Source: Oopsacas minuta (Eukaryota; Animalia; Porifera). From it: a stretch of DNA of 64,000 nucleotides. The stretch is from NCBI GenBank assembly GCA_024704765.1, contig JAKMXF010000343.1:806001-870000 (forward strand), given 5' to 3'. A program made the position numbers and the translations under genes. The notes beneath the pieces are model-generated. The model was given only the letters and a program-made list of their open reading frames with translations, made no database searches and was not told the origin of the DNA. This document shows positions 1 to 12,541 of this stretch, piece by piece (the stretch's first letter is position 1; each line of letters opens with the position of its first letter).

Positions 1-1382
1 CCATCAAATGTTAGCAAAACATACTGTGCCCCTCCGAGCGGGGTAAATATTGTATAATTATTGAATAAAAATAAATAAGATGCATATTTATATAAAGAGA
101 TTAAGCGTAACGAATGGTAACAATTTGTTCCAATACATTTTAGATGTCGGACTTTACAAATTATTGTTGTCCGATTCATATGAACTAAATTAACATACAC
201 AAATATAATAAATTCACGTTGGAAGGGCCACAAGGAAAAAAACGACGAACATATATATCTATTCAAATGTACAAAAGAAATTCAATCAATTTCAAATATC
301 TATACTTGTATCGTGTCATTGAAGTCAATTGATTTTCTTCAAACCGCAAGAATTTAAATTCCTAAAATTTGGCATGATGAGGTTTAATATGGATTAATTA
401 TTGATTAATATAAACTCCAACCAAGTTTAAGGTGCTCAACAAAATTCAGGTGAATTGATTGGATAATGACTGATATTTCAGTGTTAATCTGTGGTACATT
501 GCGCTGGTAACTTCATACACGTAGTCAAATTTATGTTCTATTACATTGATGTGATTGGATTTCATTGAAGGATTATAAAATATCTCCATTATAAGTTGTT
601 TAACACATACAGTTAAGATGTCCATCACATTCGCAACGGCGTAACTAACTGCTGTGTCACAGTGCTATCCCTAATTTACTGTCTGATCGACTGGTGGTTC
701 ACTATGATATTCCAAAAGATACGACGTGAGCTATCGGTGGGCGACAAAAAATACAAATCAAGTGAAAATTTTATTTCAGTATTGTAATTATGCCATTTAT
801 AATGGTTAGGTCTATTGAAATAGCGATAATAGGCTCTTAGCTTGGCATAAATTTATATGACACAAAAGTTTTAAATGTATTTTAGAGAAATTTCAAAACT
901 AGTATATTTGTTAGATTAAAGCGATAAGATCTGAAAGTCCTGATAATTGCGCGAAATAGGCAAATATGACAAGTATCTCAAGATGAAATAATATTCTCAA
1001 AAATGATTTCTTGAAAATATTGGTGATGCCAATAGTAAGTCAATATTTTTGTATAGCTTCAATTTACTGTCGCGACGCGAAAGTGTAATACGTTCCCAAT
1101 TAGCAAGTATTAATAATATGAATTGTAAGCTAATTTGATAAATTCATGAATTAATTTGTCAATTAGATTGCGAGTCAGTCTGGGAAAATACTATTCCAAT
1201 CAGGAAGCTCTTTCTTTTCGTTGAGTCTGTTGCATGATATCTTGAGACGCATGGTAGATTGAGATACTATGATAGATTGAGACACTACTATAAAAGCAAG
1301 TAATAACTTAATTTAGTTGGTTTCTTGTCGTAATTCATAATGAAAATAAAATATAATGAGACCCCAACTTTATGAGTCTCAC

Positions 1383-1688
1383 TTCAGATGGTCCAAAATC
1401 ATAAGTGGAATTAGGCTCCTGAGTCTGTGTAGGCAAAATGACCTCGTACAACCCGTCATATACGTACTGGGGCCCAGTTGGGCCCAACGGTGGCTCCTGA
1501 GAGTTTGAATATCCAGTAATTAACTGCTTCATCCGCTCTTAAATTATACAATATCAGAGCGTAGTTGTCAATTTCACGGATCCCATAATCGGCCAGGCAT
1601 TATACTCACTGTAGAAGCTAGCACTCATACGTGCTACCACTAAGTTGAAACTCTCTGAGGTACATTTGTACCTAACTTGGACATTTAA
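1383..1688 (-). CDS. Two candidate exons (1688 or 1671 to 1610, and 1537-1383) of an unidentified host gene
   Basis: A GT-AG intron of 72 nt (GTGAGT...TTTAAG, 1609-1538) joins the frames to give ...YKCTSESFNLVVARMSASFYKRMKQLITGYSNSQEPPLGPTGPQYVYDGLYEVILPTQTQEPNSTYDFGPSE. A GTGAGA donor follows. I do not recognise the family. Confidence 0.35.
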
Positions 1689-2002
1689 CTATAAATTTTA
1701 AGCCATGACTCATGGGAATTCTTTACAGTAAGTTGTTAGGGCAGGGACATATTCTGCAATTGGGCATGCGCATACAAAAGAGGTCAGTTTGACCAATTGG
1801 TCCGCCTATATATTACCTATATAGTAAATACTAGATGGTTATGTGTATGTGTGCTAATTCATTTGTCCAGAATTAATTGTGAAACTATAGGTCGTAGAAA
1901 GCTGAAAATTTCCAAAGAGAGATAACTTTATCCTACGACAACGATCTACTGGTTTTTGAAGCGATATCGCCAAGCCTTTACCGAGAGGGGTGATAAAATG
2001 CC

Positions 2003-2060
2003 TTGACCAATCAGATTTGACGGATTTAATAGTCCTATAAATTTTGACCAATCAGATTTG
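2003..2060. promoter_or_regulatory. Tandem CCAAT-box (NF-Y-like) motifs
   Basis: Perfect 17-bp direct repeat TTGACCAATCAGATTTG at 2003-2019 and 2044-2060. A third TTGACCAAT lies near 1789. Confidence 0.3.
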
Positions 2061-3004
2061 GGCTGTCTCATAGGACAGGATAGGTACATATACATTCGAG
2101 TAAATTCGTAAATTATTATTGATCAAGCAACTGTTTGGAGAAGATGTCTCCTAAAAGGAAACCTGGATTCAGTGTGGGAAACGGTTCATAAAATCGAGGG
2201 AGGAGAATAAAAAGATAGTTCTCAACTTGAGGGACAAAGGCGACGAGCTACCTAGGTATTAGTGTGAATTCATACACTCGTATATATAAAGTAACATGCA
2301 TAGTTGATGACTTACTCATTGTATAACAATTTAGTAAATAACATTATAGTTGCTAGATTACAATAACCTCAAACAAATTAATAGGACTTCTGAAAAGTTC
2401 ATAACTATGCTGTGAAATCTTATTACAGAACTATAAAGTAATATGAAAATAATTTCATTGTCTATCATCACTTTACATTCAACACTACACATCAGTTAAT
2501 GAATCAATCACTGAATCAATTAATTCTTTCTACTAGAATTAAATACAGACTAATACAAAGAAATTATCCAATTATTCTGGAAGGAAAATATCCTGAGGCT
2601 TCACTAGATTCACGATAGACGAAATGGAACTACAAGAGAAGAGTATATTTCATTGGAGAATCTAACAGGCTATTCAAGGTGAGGTTGACATTGCAAATCC
2701 GAAATTACCTTGAAATTACATCATCTATAGTTTTTGTTAAAAAGTTAACCAGTGGGCCTAAGTAGTAAGCCTTTTAGGCTGATCCAAATTATTGAGAATT
2801 CATAATAATAATAATAAATTTCACTTATCCTTAGTTAAATACGTACGTATATACCCCAAAGAACAGTGTTTGTGCACTCTGACAGAATATGCTCGAATGC
2901 AATATGCTCGGCTTCATCGAACAAGTAATTCACTTTGTTATTCATCTTACTTTTTAATTAATGTATTTTCTACTTAGAGTTAAACTGAGAGGCAAAAGTA
3001 ACAG

Positions 3005-3160
3005 ATATGAAGTTCCATTGAAGTCTCAGTCTGTAGTGATATACAACAAGTTCCACAACCAAGTCGGACATCCTGGATAAATTCTAAACTTTATTCAGTT
3101 CAGCAAAGATACACATGATCAGCAATTACCCAAGAGATTCCAAAATTATTTTCATAATGA
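3005..3160 (+). pseudogene. Possible relic of an LTR-retrotransposon integrase zinc-binding (H2C2) region
   Basis: Frameshifted reading ..NKFHNQVGHPG / INSKLYSVQQRYT*(W)SAITQEI resembles the Gypsy H-x6-H-x-G...Y-x-W motif. It is short and very degenerate. Confidence 0.25.
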
Positions 3161-3884
3161 TAGATATATTGTAAACTAATAACTAGTCAATATTCGCATT
3201 CGTTCGTTTTCGTTGTTAATTCGAAATGTGCTCATTATTCTCTATAAAAAGAATAGCTTAATGATTCTGTATTTCTATTTATTGGTGAGTGATTCTACAC
3301 ACTTTATGAGTCAGCTTGTCTGACTTATGTCTAATGTAATACCAATATTAAAGCAATGTACTAAATATATTCATAATATTTCAACTTTGTTGAAGGTAAA
3401 GACTTTCCATGCATATCAGAATACTGCGGTATTACCACCTCAGACAAAAGAAGTTCCAACAAACTCCACCTCCTTCCAAAACATGTAAATAGATTAAAAT
3501 GGATCTTGTATGTGATTTGCCTAAGAGTGAAGACGGTTATAAACATATTAGGGACTGTTTGTTATCTGAGTGATTATGTTATTGCACGCCATCTCAAATC
3601 TAAAACTTCAGAAGAAGTCATTATAATCTGCAAGATATTTACCTGGGTCTTATTTAAGTAAAATAGGTAAACTTAGGAAAACTAGTGTATAATATTTATT
3701 ACTAAAAACTGCGTAGTTTGCTAAATATGCACACAAAATTTCATCATTTTGTTAATAAATAGGCAAACTCTCCAAACAGCGCATCAACTGCATTAGTTTC
3801 GAATAAATTTTATCCAAATATTACAATTGACTCTAGCTCGCTTTTGCCTGAAGAAGAATATCAGTGATAGGTTTAATGAATCAA

Positions 3885-4600
3885 GAGTATGCGGAACGCA
3901 CTGGATTCATACAATGATACAGAACCTATCAGCCATTACAGGATAACTCAAGTTATTCTCTACATCTACACGATAAATTGTAGCGTCTCTTCATTGGAGT
4001 ACTGTAAGATCATATTCAATATCAATCACCGACTAGCTGTGGCATTACAATTTATGGCAACCGATGCCTTCCAAATTGTGATTGCAACTAGCCTGTCATT
4101 TCTCAGCCATGTGTATCTAGATACATTGCAGCAGTACCAGTACATACTTTCCAACTTGACTAAATATTACAAAGAGTAACTTAACAATACTCATTCGATA
4201 AACATACAAGCAATCTGTGACAGCGAATTACAATTGATTGATGCAGTAGCAAATGGCTAGGAAGCATAAATGATGCGAATGTCAGGAATATCAGGAATAT
4301 CAGAAATTGCAAGTGGAGATGTAACTATCATAAATGGTTTCTTGGAGTAGGGGATATCCTTTACGTCCTAATCTGCTCACTCCAATATCGTCTCATGAAA
4401 CCTCAGCGAGAGGAGATATAACTGGGCATTCCTGAGGACCCGTAAAACGATCGAATGCGAATTTGACCTGTGGAAAAGTCGATGGAGATTGATGGATAAG
4501 ACTGGATGAGCACAATGTTATAGTACGGAAAGAGTTGTCGACTAGTGGTAGCAAAGATCGTTTAACATAATATTTGTATCCAACATGGATAGCAAAGGGA
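3885..4600 (+). mobile_element. Degenerate PIF/Harbinger (HARBI1-like, DDE_Tnp_4) transposase
   Basis: Fragments in shifting frames: NALDSYNDTE..YRI, VALQFMATDAFQ, QAICDSELQLIDAVA, GYPLRPNLLTP, RYNWAFLRTRKTIECEFDLWKSRWR, HNICIQHG. Termini were not found. Confidence 0.75.
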
Positions 4601-4742
4601 AATAGAATTGCCTGATGGAGTAGTGGATGATAAAGTCGCCTTAACCTTAGATACTACTACTAGTGGACATTCAGTCCATCTATCAGTCATAAATGATTAT
4701 TTTAATTAATACTATTAATGGAATAGCACTGTGATATGCATA

Positions 4743-6970
4743 CAGTAGACTCTGGTAAATCGGGTCAGCCGCGTAATTGGATCAGTTCTTCTTGGAACGA
4801 AATCATGCCCATATAGCTAATAGAAAATATAGATGGGTAAATGTAAAAATTATGGCAAAGGCATCCCTACGTGGTAGTATTATGGTCTAATCTAGTACAA
4901 CTAGTACCGATATGTAAATTAGTTCGGGAAGAACACATCAAGTGTAGTCTGCTCCTTGCTTGATAACAACCTATTGAAAACCTCCTCTGCACATATATCC
5001 AGCGCTGCATTTTGTACTTCAGAGACCCCCTGCTCTGAGAAGTACCGTTGCAAGGTTTGAATGCACTGTCGGCAACTTGATGTGTAATAATCGGTTGAAC
5101 AAACTCATCATCAACGTCAACATCTTCTGGATAGTCATCTAAACATATCTTCTTGCTTACAATTTCGTTTATAATTTCCTTATCAAAGTTTTGGGCTTCT
5201 TCAAAGCAGGGTACATCTGTGTCGATCAAGTAATGCTCACCGTTCAAGACTCCTGTTAAGGCTAGTTCTTCTTCCATCAAAATTGTTTCATCTTCAGATT
5301 CTCCACTAGAAGAGGTTTGTGTCCTAAAAGCCACATTTTCTAAAGCAGTTGCCTATTGTCTCGGGTTTCACCTTCCGCCAGCTCCTGGCAACGAAGTAGA
5401 TTGCATCCAGGAGCGAGATGCTCGAGCTTATGCCAATTGCTAGGCTGATGAGCTGACTAGATTGTCATCAATACCAGCAATAGTCTTCTGAACCACTTCC
5501 TGTCTGTAGAAATATTTCAAGTTCATGATAATGCCTTGGTCTAGTGGCTGGATTAGCGACGTTGTATTTGCTGGTAGAAATTCTAGTCGAATGTTTGTAA
5601 GCGTGCTAATGCGAGGATGGGCAGGACAATTGTTCAAGAGCAGTAAAATTTTACGGCAATTCTCCCCCAGTACTGAATCCCTTTTAGAAATCCATTCTTG
5701 GAATATGGTCCTAGTCATCCAGGCATTTTGTTTAGAGCAGTAAGTGATTGGTAAGGTATTCATTTTAATGTTTTTGAAACATCTTGGCTTCTTGCTCTTA
5801 TTGATCATTAGAAGTTTCACTTTGTTTTTACAAGATATGTTGGCGCACAAGAGTATTGTGATACGTTCATTGCCCTTTGGAAACTACTAATCTGCTCGTA
5901 TGTATGACAGAAGGAACTATCCGGTGTTGCTCGATAATACAAACCAGTTTCATCGGCGTTTTAAATGTTCTCAGGAGTATACTCTAGCAAAAGTTGAGGT
6001 AGTACCGTTGATACCCAAAATTCAGCTCCTTCGAAATCGGCACTGCTCTTTTCACCATGTATTCGCTTGGCCTTTATCTGGTGCCTTGCTTTCCATCTAT
6101 ATAGCCAGCCTTCAGTTGCCACAAAACCTGGTTTTCCCAATCTCACTGCAAACTCTTCAGCTTTGGACCTGAGTATCACACCGCTAATTCTCACTCCTTT
6201 GTCTAGAACGGGTTTAAACCATTTGTTCAAAGCTTCCTCTACTTCTGGATCCTTCCCTGATCTCTGGCGTTTTCCTTGCTTCATCCTCTCCTTTTGTAAA
6301 ATATCTCTCGCAAATCCTGTTCTTGATTAAGAAGTCTCCCCGATCGTGGATCTCGATACATCAACATGTCAGACAATACTCGATGATTTGTGTTAGGTTG
6401 AAGTAATCTTATTTTGTCATAGAGTTTTACTTTATCTGACGAGATAGCTCTATTCTTGACGCCATTTTCTAGTCCAGTTATAAAATAAGATACGTACGTG
6501 TATGCAAAAGGCAGTAACGTTTCAAAACAACGAAACACCCCCAGAATATGATCTTATTCGAATTAGGAAATGAATACATTGTTGCTAAATCTTGTCCAAT
6601 CTTATCACCATTCTACATACTAGCTTTTAAGTACTGTAGTTTGATATTATTCCCAAGGTTATGCAAGAAATTGCATTAAAAGTGAGCTCAAACAAGGTTG
6701 ATATAAAGTATTGTAACCAGGTGACATCAAAAATGACCCAATTAAACGAAAATTTGACCCAATTAAAATTAAGTTTTGACCCAATTAAAAGAAATTTTTG
6801 ACCCAATTAAAGAAAATTTGACCCAATTATACTAAGGTTTTGACCCGATTCACCAAATTTCCACCCGATTAACCGAAAATATAATGTACATTTTCGGTTA
6901 ATTGGGTTCTCTGCCTAATCGGGTCAAAATGCTCTGGAACCAAAGTGACCCGATTAAGCGGAGTCGATTG
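4743..6970 (-). mobile_element. pogo/Tigger-type DNA transposon, defective
   Basis: TA-flanked imperfect TIRs (CAGTAGACTC..AATCGGGTCA / CAATCGACTC..AATCGGGTCA). CENP-B-type HTH ORF at 6284-5961 (EEALNKWF..ISGVIL..ATEGWL.RWK). DDE_1 ORF at 5850-5440 (NAWMT..F.EW, LLL.NCPAH, FLPANTTSLIQPLDQGII). Confidence 0.85.
6733..6852. repeat. Subterminal array of about 6 TGACCCAATTA units in the Tigger element
   Basis: Period is about 21-23 bp. The unit matches the inner TIR motif TGACCCGATTAA. Confidence 0.8.
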
Positions 6971-6982
6971 TATTATATTAAT

Positions 6983-7046
6983 AACATAAATAATAATAAT
7001 AGTTATTATTATTATTATTATTCTTATTATTATGATTATCATTATT
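6983..7046. repeat. (AAT)n/(ATT)n microsatellite
   Basis: Imperfect trinucleotide run seen directly in the sequence. Confidence 0.8.
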
Positions 7047-7511
7047 GACATTCATTCCTTTGCCAAACAAATGATTGCTTAATTGTGCATAAATATTTGG
7101 GATATTAGTTTCAGCCTAACAATTTCATGTACAAATATAAATCAATAATCATGTTATGTATTATAATATCACGGATAGTATGTATTCCACTGATTTCCAA
7201 TGTAATTATAGTAATTACATCAAAACATTATATATATATACAATATACGTCTCGTATTTCGTATTTAGGTATTTCGCGATTCGACAATTACGATTAAATT
7301 TGTATTGCGCAAATTCTACCGAATGATGAAATAATTGCGGGATAACAAAAATCTTCGACAGCAGCAGAGGTTGGTAAGAATCCACTATTCTGAACATACA
7401 TATCTATTAACGTTAAATTTAAATCACCTCCGGAATAGGACCTAAAAAAAGAATTAGTTTCAAAAGGTAAACTAAGAAAAGCGAATTTGACTAAGTTTTC
7501 CTTTGTGAATA

Positions 7512-8161
7512 CAGTGGAAGCCCCTTAATCGGATATCCGATTTATCTGGACAATGTATTGGTTCAGATATAAAAAACTACCTCGTCGGACAATTGGGACA
7601 TCTAATCGATTATCGAGATTTCTTACCCCTCCCGATCAAGCGAATATATAAAGTATATTCGCTTAATTGGGATTTCTATCCCAGTTTGAAAGTAGAAATT
7701 TTGACATTTATCTATAACCATAACAATACAACACCGATTCAATTACAATTTACAAAAGTTATATTATTAACTTTGCTCACCCGTCTCAGGTCTCATTGCC
7801 TATTCTATCTTCAATAAATTACCCAATAATTCAGAATGTCAATTACCCGAACGTTTTGCATGGTCATACTGAGTACGGATAATTGGTTGCAGTAATAAGT
7901 ACGTGCATTATTCTCTAAACATTAATTACTTACTTTCTATCAAATATCACAACGCTTTTTATGACCTCTTGAAGCGGAACTATACCATACTACAACGACT
8001 TATCTATATTAGACCCCATATAAATCGTGATTTTGTAGTGCAATAATATATTTCTGGTGATAAGACCATGAATAACGAGTTTTGAATACTTAAATAAATC
8101 ACATTCGGTTAACGGACAATACAATGATTCCCGAGCAGTCCAGATAAATCGGCTTCAACTG
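7512..8161. mobile_element. Non-autonomous pogo/Tigger-like element
   Basis: Left end TA|CAGTGGAAGCC..CCGATTTATCTGGAC and right end GTCCAGATAAATCGGCTTCAACTG are inverted repeats. The interior is homologous to 23075-23420. Confidence 0.6.
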
Positions 8162-8593
8162 CACAAACTTAGTTATAATTACCGATAAAATACAAAATGA
8201 CCAAGGGCCTTTCGTAGTTCACAAGTAAATTGAGGAAAATAATCACTAGTAAGGATGTGATTACCTATCTAATTATGTTTAGATATTCAAAGAGTTTCCC
8301 CAGAACCTGGCACTGGATGATCCTAGCACTCGCACTTACGACGACACAATGGGCAACGGCTTAGTTGAACTACACAAGGATATCCTCTAATGTTAGTATT
8401 TCATCAATATTATTGTTGTAGGTTTTGCGATGTGTTCTTTATTAAGTAATTAAGTACATATAGAATTTAGCAAGCCGACTAAAATGGAGAGCGAAACTAA
8501 GGGACATTGGTCCAAACTGCTAAAATCTTTTACACTAGCAATGTATCCAACAAGAAAAGAGCATATGGGCAAACTCCATTCAAAGTTATGTAG

Positions 8594-8614
8594 GAGAGAG
8601 AGAGAGAGAGAGAG
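8594..8614. repeat. (GA)n microsatellite
   Basis: About 10 GA units. Confidence 0.85.
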
Positions 8615-10930
8615 TCAATGCATCAAGATCTATCATCAGGTATAAACAATATGCAGCTTAACACTCAAGAAGATATTGAATTAGAGGAATCATTATTTGC
8701 TGATCTCTTACCTCCAGAAGGTTACACAGAAGAAATCCTAGAAGAGATATTCTCCCCACCTTCTGACAATCCCCAAAAAAGGAGTTGAAATTATCAGCGA
8801 GTCTCGTACTTCTACACAACTATCAGCTATGGACAGTATCGATTACGAGCAACTCAAACAGAAGTTACGATATGACAAGAAGTTTTCGAAGGGCGGTAAG
8901 TTCAGCCATCGCCTGGTTCAGCTAATGATGGAATACTGAATTCAATATTTGTTAATCACGTTCTCTTAATATCTGGATTTACTGAAGTTAGGGAATTCAA
9001 TGACATTTATTTTTAATCGTATTAGTTCTAATAACTGAAATAAAAATCGATCAATTTCAGTTGACAAAAATACTACATTTCAGTTTATACAAGTTTATCC
9101 GCTTAGATTCTCCCTTCAATTTCCTCATATAATCAAAATATACTATTTTACAAATGGATACATACTACCATTTTAGATCAACCCTTCTATGCCATTAAAT
9201 TATCACTTGACAGGTTAAGATTGTTTGGTGCTGCTATACAAATTGATGCAGGATGCGTTCCTTATCAACACGGAATTTAGAGAACAAAAAAATAGAATCA
9301 GATCGTGATAAGTTAGATTTGATGGAGGATTTCTATTAAAATATTGAATAAAAATAATGTAGGACATATTACATACATTTGTGCGTGGACTAATATCTAG
9401 TAAAAAAGAGGAATTTAGTTTAAAGATTACATTTCAGTTTCAGTTCAAAATTGTAAAAATTTCAGATGGATTTCAGTTTCAGGTAGCAGCACTAGTTCGT
9501 GTGCATTAAGTGGTATTACAACACATTTGCAAAACAAAATAAATCCATATTTTTCATTCTCAAGCATTTCATCCGTGTATTTGTATCTATATATTAGCAT
9601 CTTAATCGACGTTTTAAGTACCCGATCATACAATGTAAATAATTGCTATTTGAATTGTCAACAATTATGCATAAATATTTTGCTAAATTCTTTCTCAATA
9701 ATTTCTACACCCGCTCAGACGCCCAATTATAATTTTCTTTACATTGAATGTATGGGGTACGCCGATTTAGATGAAATGTATTTTTAGAAAAGCATAATTT
9801 TCGTTATAACAATTATATAAGTATCTCTAATTCAATAGTATCAATTATGAAGTATCCTATGCAGAATTGAATTCAGTTCACGCATTGTTATTCAAGTTTC
9901 ATTAAAAATATGGCTGATAAGCCAAGAAATTTATTATTGAACCATAATTATGAATTTGATGAAAATACCACTGATTCACAGTCCCATGTCAAAAAATGCA
10001 ACTGAAAACCTAGTCCCATTTTCGAAATCTACAGTTGATTTATTATATACAGGACAAAATTTTAAGTTTAATCATCGGGTTAAGTACCTCTTACCCATAA
10101 TCGCCATTTTCCACACTGTGCATATGTGTGAAAATAATATCAAAAAATATATTCCAACAAATCTTATTCGTCGTTACTCTAGCCCCATTAGTTATTCATA
10201 ACTAAACAAAGTCATTCAAGATTATAGTAACACGAAGAGATAATAGTCTAGCAGAACTAGGGTTGACCCCGAATTAATTACAGCAAAAGTGGATTAGCAT
10301 TTTCTTGTAGCTGTGTTATTGCAGTTTACAAGGAGAAGAGTTTCTGGGCTAAAGGTATGTGGAACCTCTATATTTAGACATTCAAACGTGCTGATATAGA
10401 AACATATAGAAGATAATAATGCATATAACTCTACACTTTAAATCTATAAGAATTTCTTATGCTGAAAATAGTAATCAGCGAAACATTTCACGTCGTCTGA
10501 GTACTCACTTGAAGATATTAAGGAATAAATTTGCTAGAAACGAAGGAATATCAGAGGTATATCTCATGAATTTGGCGACATTCCATTTTCACAGCAAAAG
10601 AGTGACCCCTCTTGTTTACTTCCACACCCTTGTAAATATTCTTTTATAGAATATATCTTTAGTCACAGCATTTTATAAATTAAGGGAATGGTGGTGATCG
10701 ATGGACTTGGACCTATGATATGTCAAGCCAGTCCTAAGGATTTATATCAGTTGTGATAAAATATAAATGGTACATTTTGGAAGGTATAAGAATATAATTG
10801 AAATTTGATTTTACACACAGTCTACATCTGCAAAATATTTTCAAACTAAAACGATGTTATCCGATTGTTCAGTGTGTTCCATGTTTAAACTTCTATAAGT
10901 GTGAAAATAATACATTCAGGTTTCAAAACA

Positions 10931-11144
10931 CAGTACACCTCGCTAACCCGAACACCACTGTTCCGATTGCAAAAGAATTCGTTCGGGTTAGTGAAATTGT
11001 TCGGATTAGCGAAATGCATTGAAACAATACCATAGAATCTGGGAGTCAATTCTTGGATATAAATCGGCCATGTTTTTAAGTATTGGACAATTTTCCAAAT
11101 ATTATAAAGCACTGAGAGCTATTCGGATTAAGGAGGATCTACTG
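10931..11144. mobile_element. pogo-type MITE
   Basis: Ends CAGTACACCTCGCTAACCCGAA and TTCGGATTAAGGAGGATCTACTG|TA. Internal inverted CCGAAC/GTTCGG repeats. Confidence 0.5.
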
Positions 11145-11150
11145 TACATA

Positions 11151-12440
11151 CGAGGGTCAGTTCAAAATTTTTGTTGTACAAATGTTCCATTTTGTCTTCA
11201 ATCAAATAAATACAACACTATATACTTAGATATATAATGACTCTACAATTAATTTGAGCTATATTCAACACATATTTCCTGAGTAACGCTATTTTATCCA
11301 TAAGCCTATATACAGATTTTATTATTACTGAATGGAACCGGAAAGAAGGGATTTTAGAGCCATGATGTTTTATGACTTTATGCGTAAGATATCAGTGGAG
11401 CAGAGTCATGATAACTTGGTGGGAGCTTTCCAAGATCAAGCTCCATCTAAGTGTACAATGGAGCGTTGGTATCTAGATTTCAGGAGGGAGAGAACGTCAT
11501 TACAAGATGAGGCTAGGTCTGGGCAACCGTCAACCGCCGTCACTCCAGAGACTATTGCTGCTGCTGAGACATTAATCAAAGAGGATAGTCGCATTAACTA
11601 TGAGCAGTTTGCTGAGACCCTAAAGATCGGGAAGGCCACCATCAATACTATTCTACATGATTATCTTGGTGTCAGAGGGCTTTTGGCCCGATGGATCCCT
11701 CATAATCTCTCTGAAATGCAATTAGAGGCAAGGGTAGAATGGTGCAAGTTTATGCTCAAGAAATTTAAAGGAGGAGAGTCTAAACGAGTTTACGAAATAC
11801 TAACATGTGATGAGACATGGATCTATCAGTACGATCCCGAAACAAAGCGGCAATCTTCAATCTGGGTGTTTCCTGGCGAAGATCCCCCTGTTAAAGTTCG
11901 CCGGGCTCGCAGCGTTGGAAAGAAGATGGTGGCTGCTTTTTCTGTAAGACTGGCCCAGTAGCAATAATTCCTCTCGAGGATCGTCGTACCGTCAATGCTG
12001 ATTGGTACATTAACAATTGCCTGGCCAAGGCTTTCGAAGCTTGGAGTTTTCGTCGCCCTAAGACCGGTATTAGAGGACTTCTCCTTCACCACGATAATGC
12101 ATCTGCACACATAGCAGCCAAAACATTGGACTTCCTGGCTGGAAATTCGGTCCAGTTGGTATCGCATCCACCTTACAGTCCAGATTTAGCTCTATGCGAC
12201 TTTTCTTGTTCCCAACAATCAAGGAAAAGTTCCGTGGAATAAGATTTGAGAGTCCTGAAGAGGCTCGTCTGGTATTTGAAGAGGCCCTTTGGAGCCTGCC
12301 AGAGGAAAAGTGGCATAGTTGTTTCGACAGTTGGTTTCATCGTATGCAACTTTGCATAGATTGTTGTGGTCGTTACTTTGAGAAACTGTGAAAGTTTGAT
12401 TAAATTTGTTATCATATTTTTTGTGTACGACAAAACTTTG
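11151..12440 (+). mobile_element. mariner (DD34D) transposon, frameshifted, right TIR truncated
   Basis: Left end TA|CGAGGGTCAGTTCAAAA. ORF 11332-11961 has WIPHNL and TCDETW. Downstream frames give HHDNASAH..HPPYSPDLALCDF, with 34 aa between D2 and D3. Confidence 0.9.
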
Positions 12441-12541
12441 TCATAATAGAGTTCGGCGTTCCAGAGTTATAATAGTGACTATGGATGGCATATTTTGGCA
12501 ATATTCACCTATAACTTGAAATTGACAAAAGGCACGGATTA

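Noticed and set aside
2128-2680. Plus-strand exon-like blocks with good splice sites (2128-2252, 2549 or 2607 to 2678)
   Set aside because: The frames contain in-frame TAA/TAG or need arbitrary acceptor choices, and I recognise no family. Stop-codon reassignment is unsupported because intact ORFs here (19001-20071, 50056-49502) end normally at TAA.
8280-8900. Exon-like acidic or coding-looking stretches on the plus strand
   Set aside because: The first block is closed in all three frames and a later block needs a frameshift. At best an unidentifiable pseudogene.
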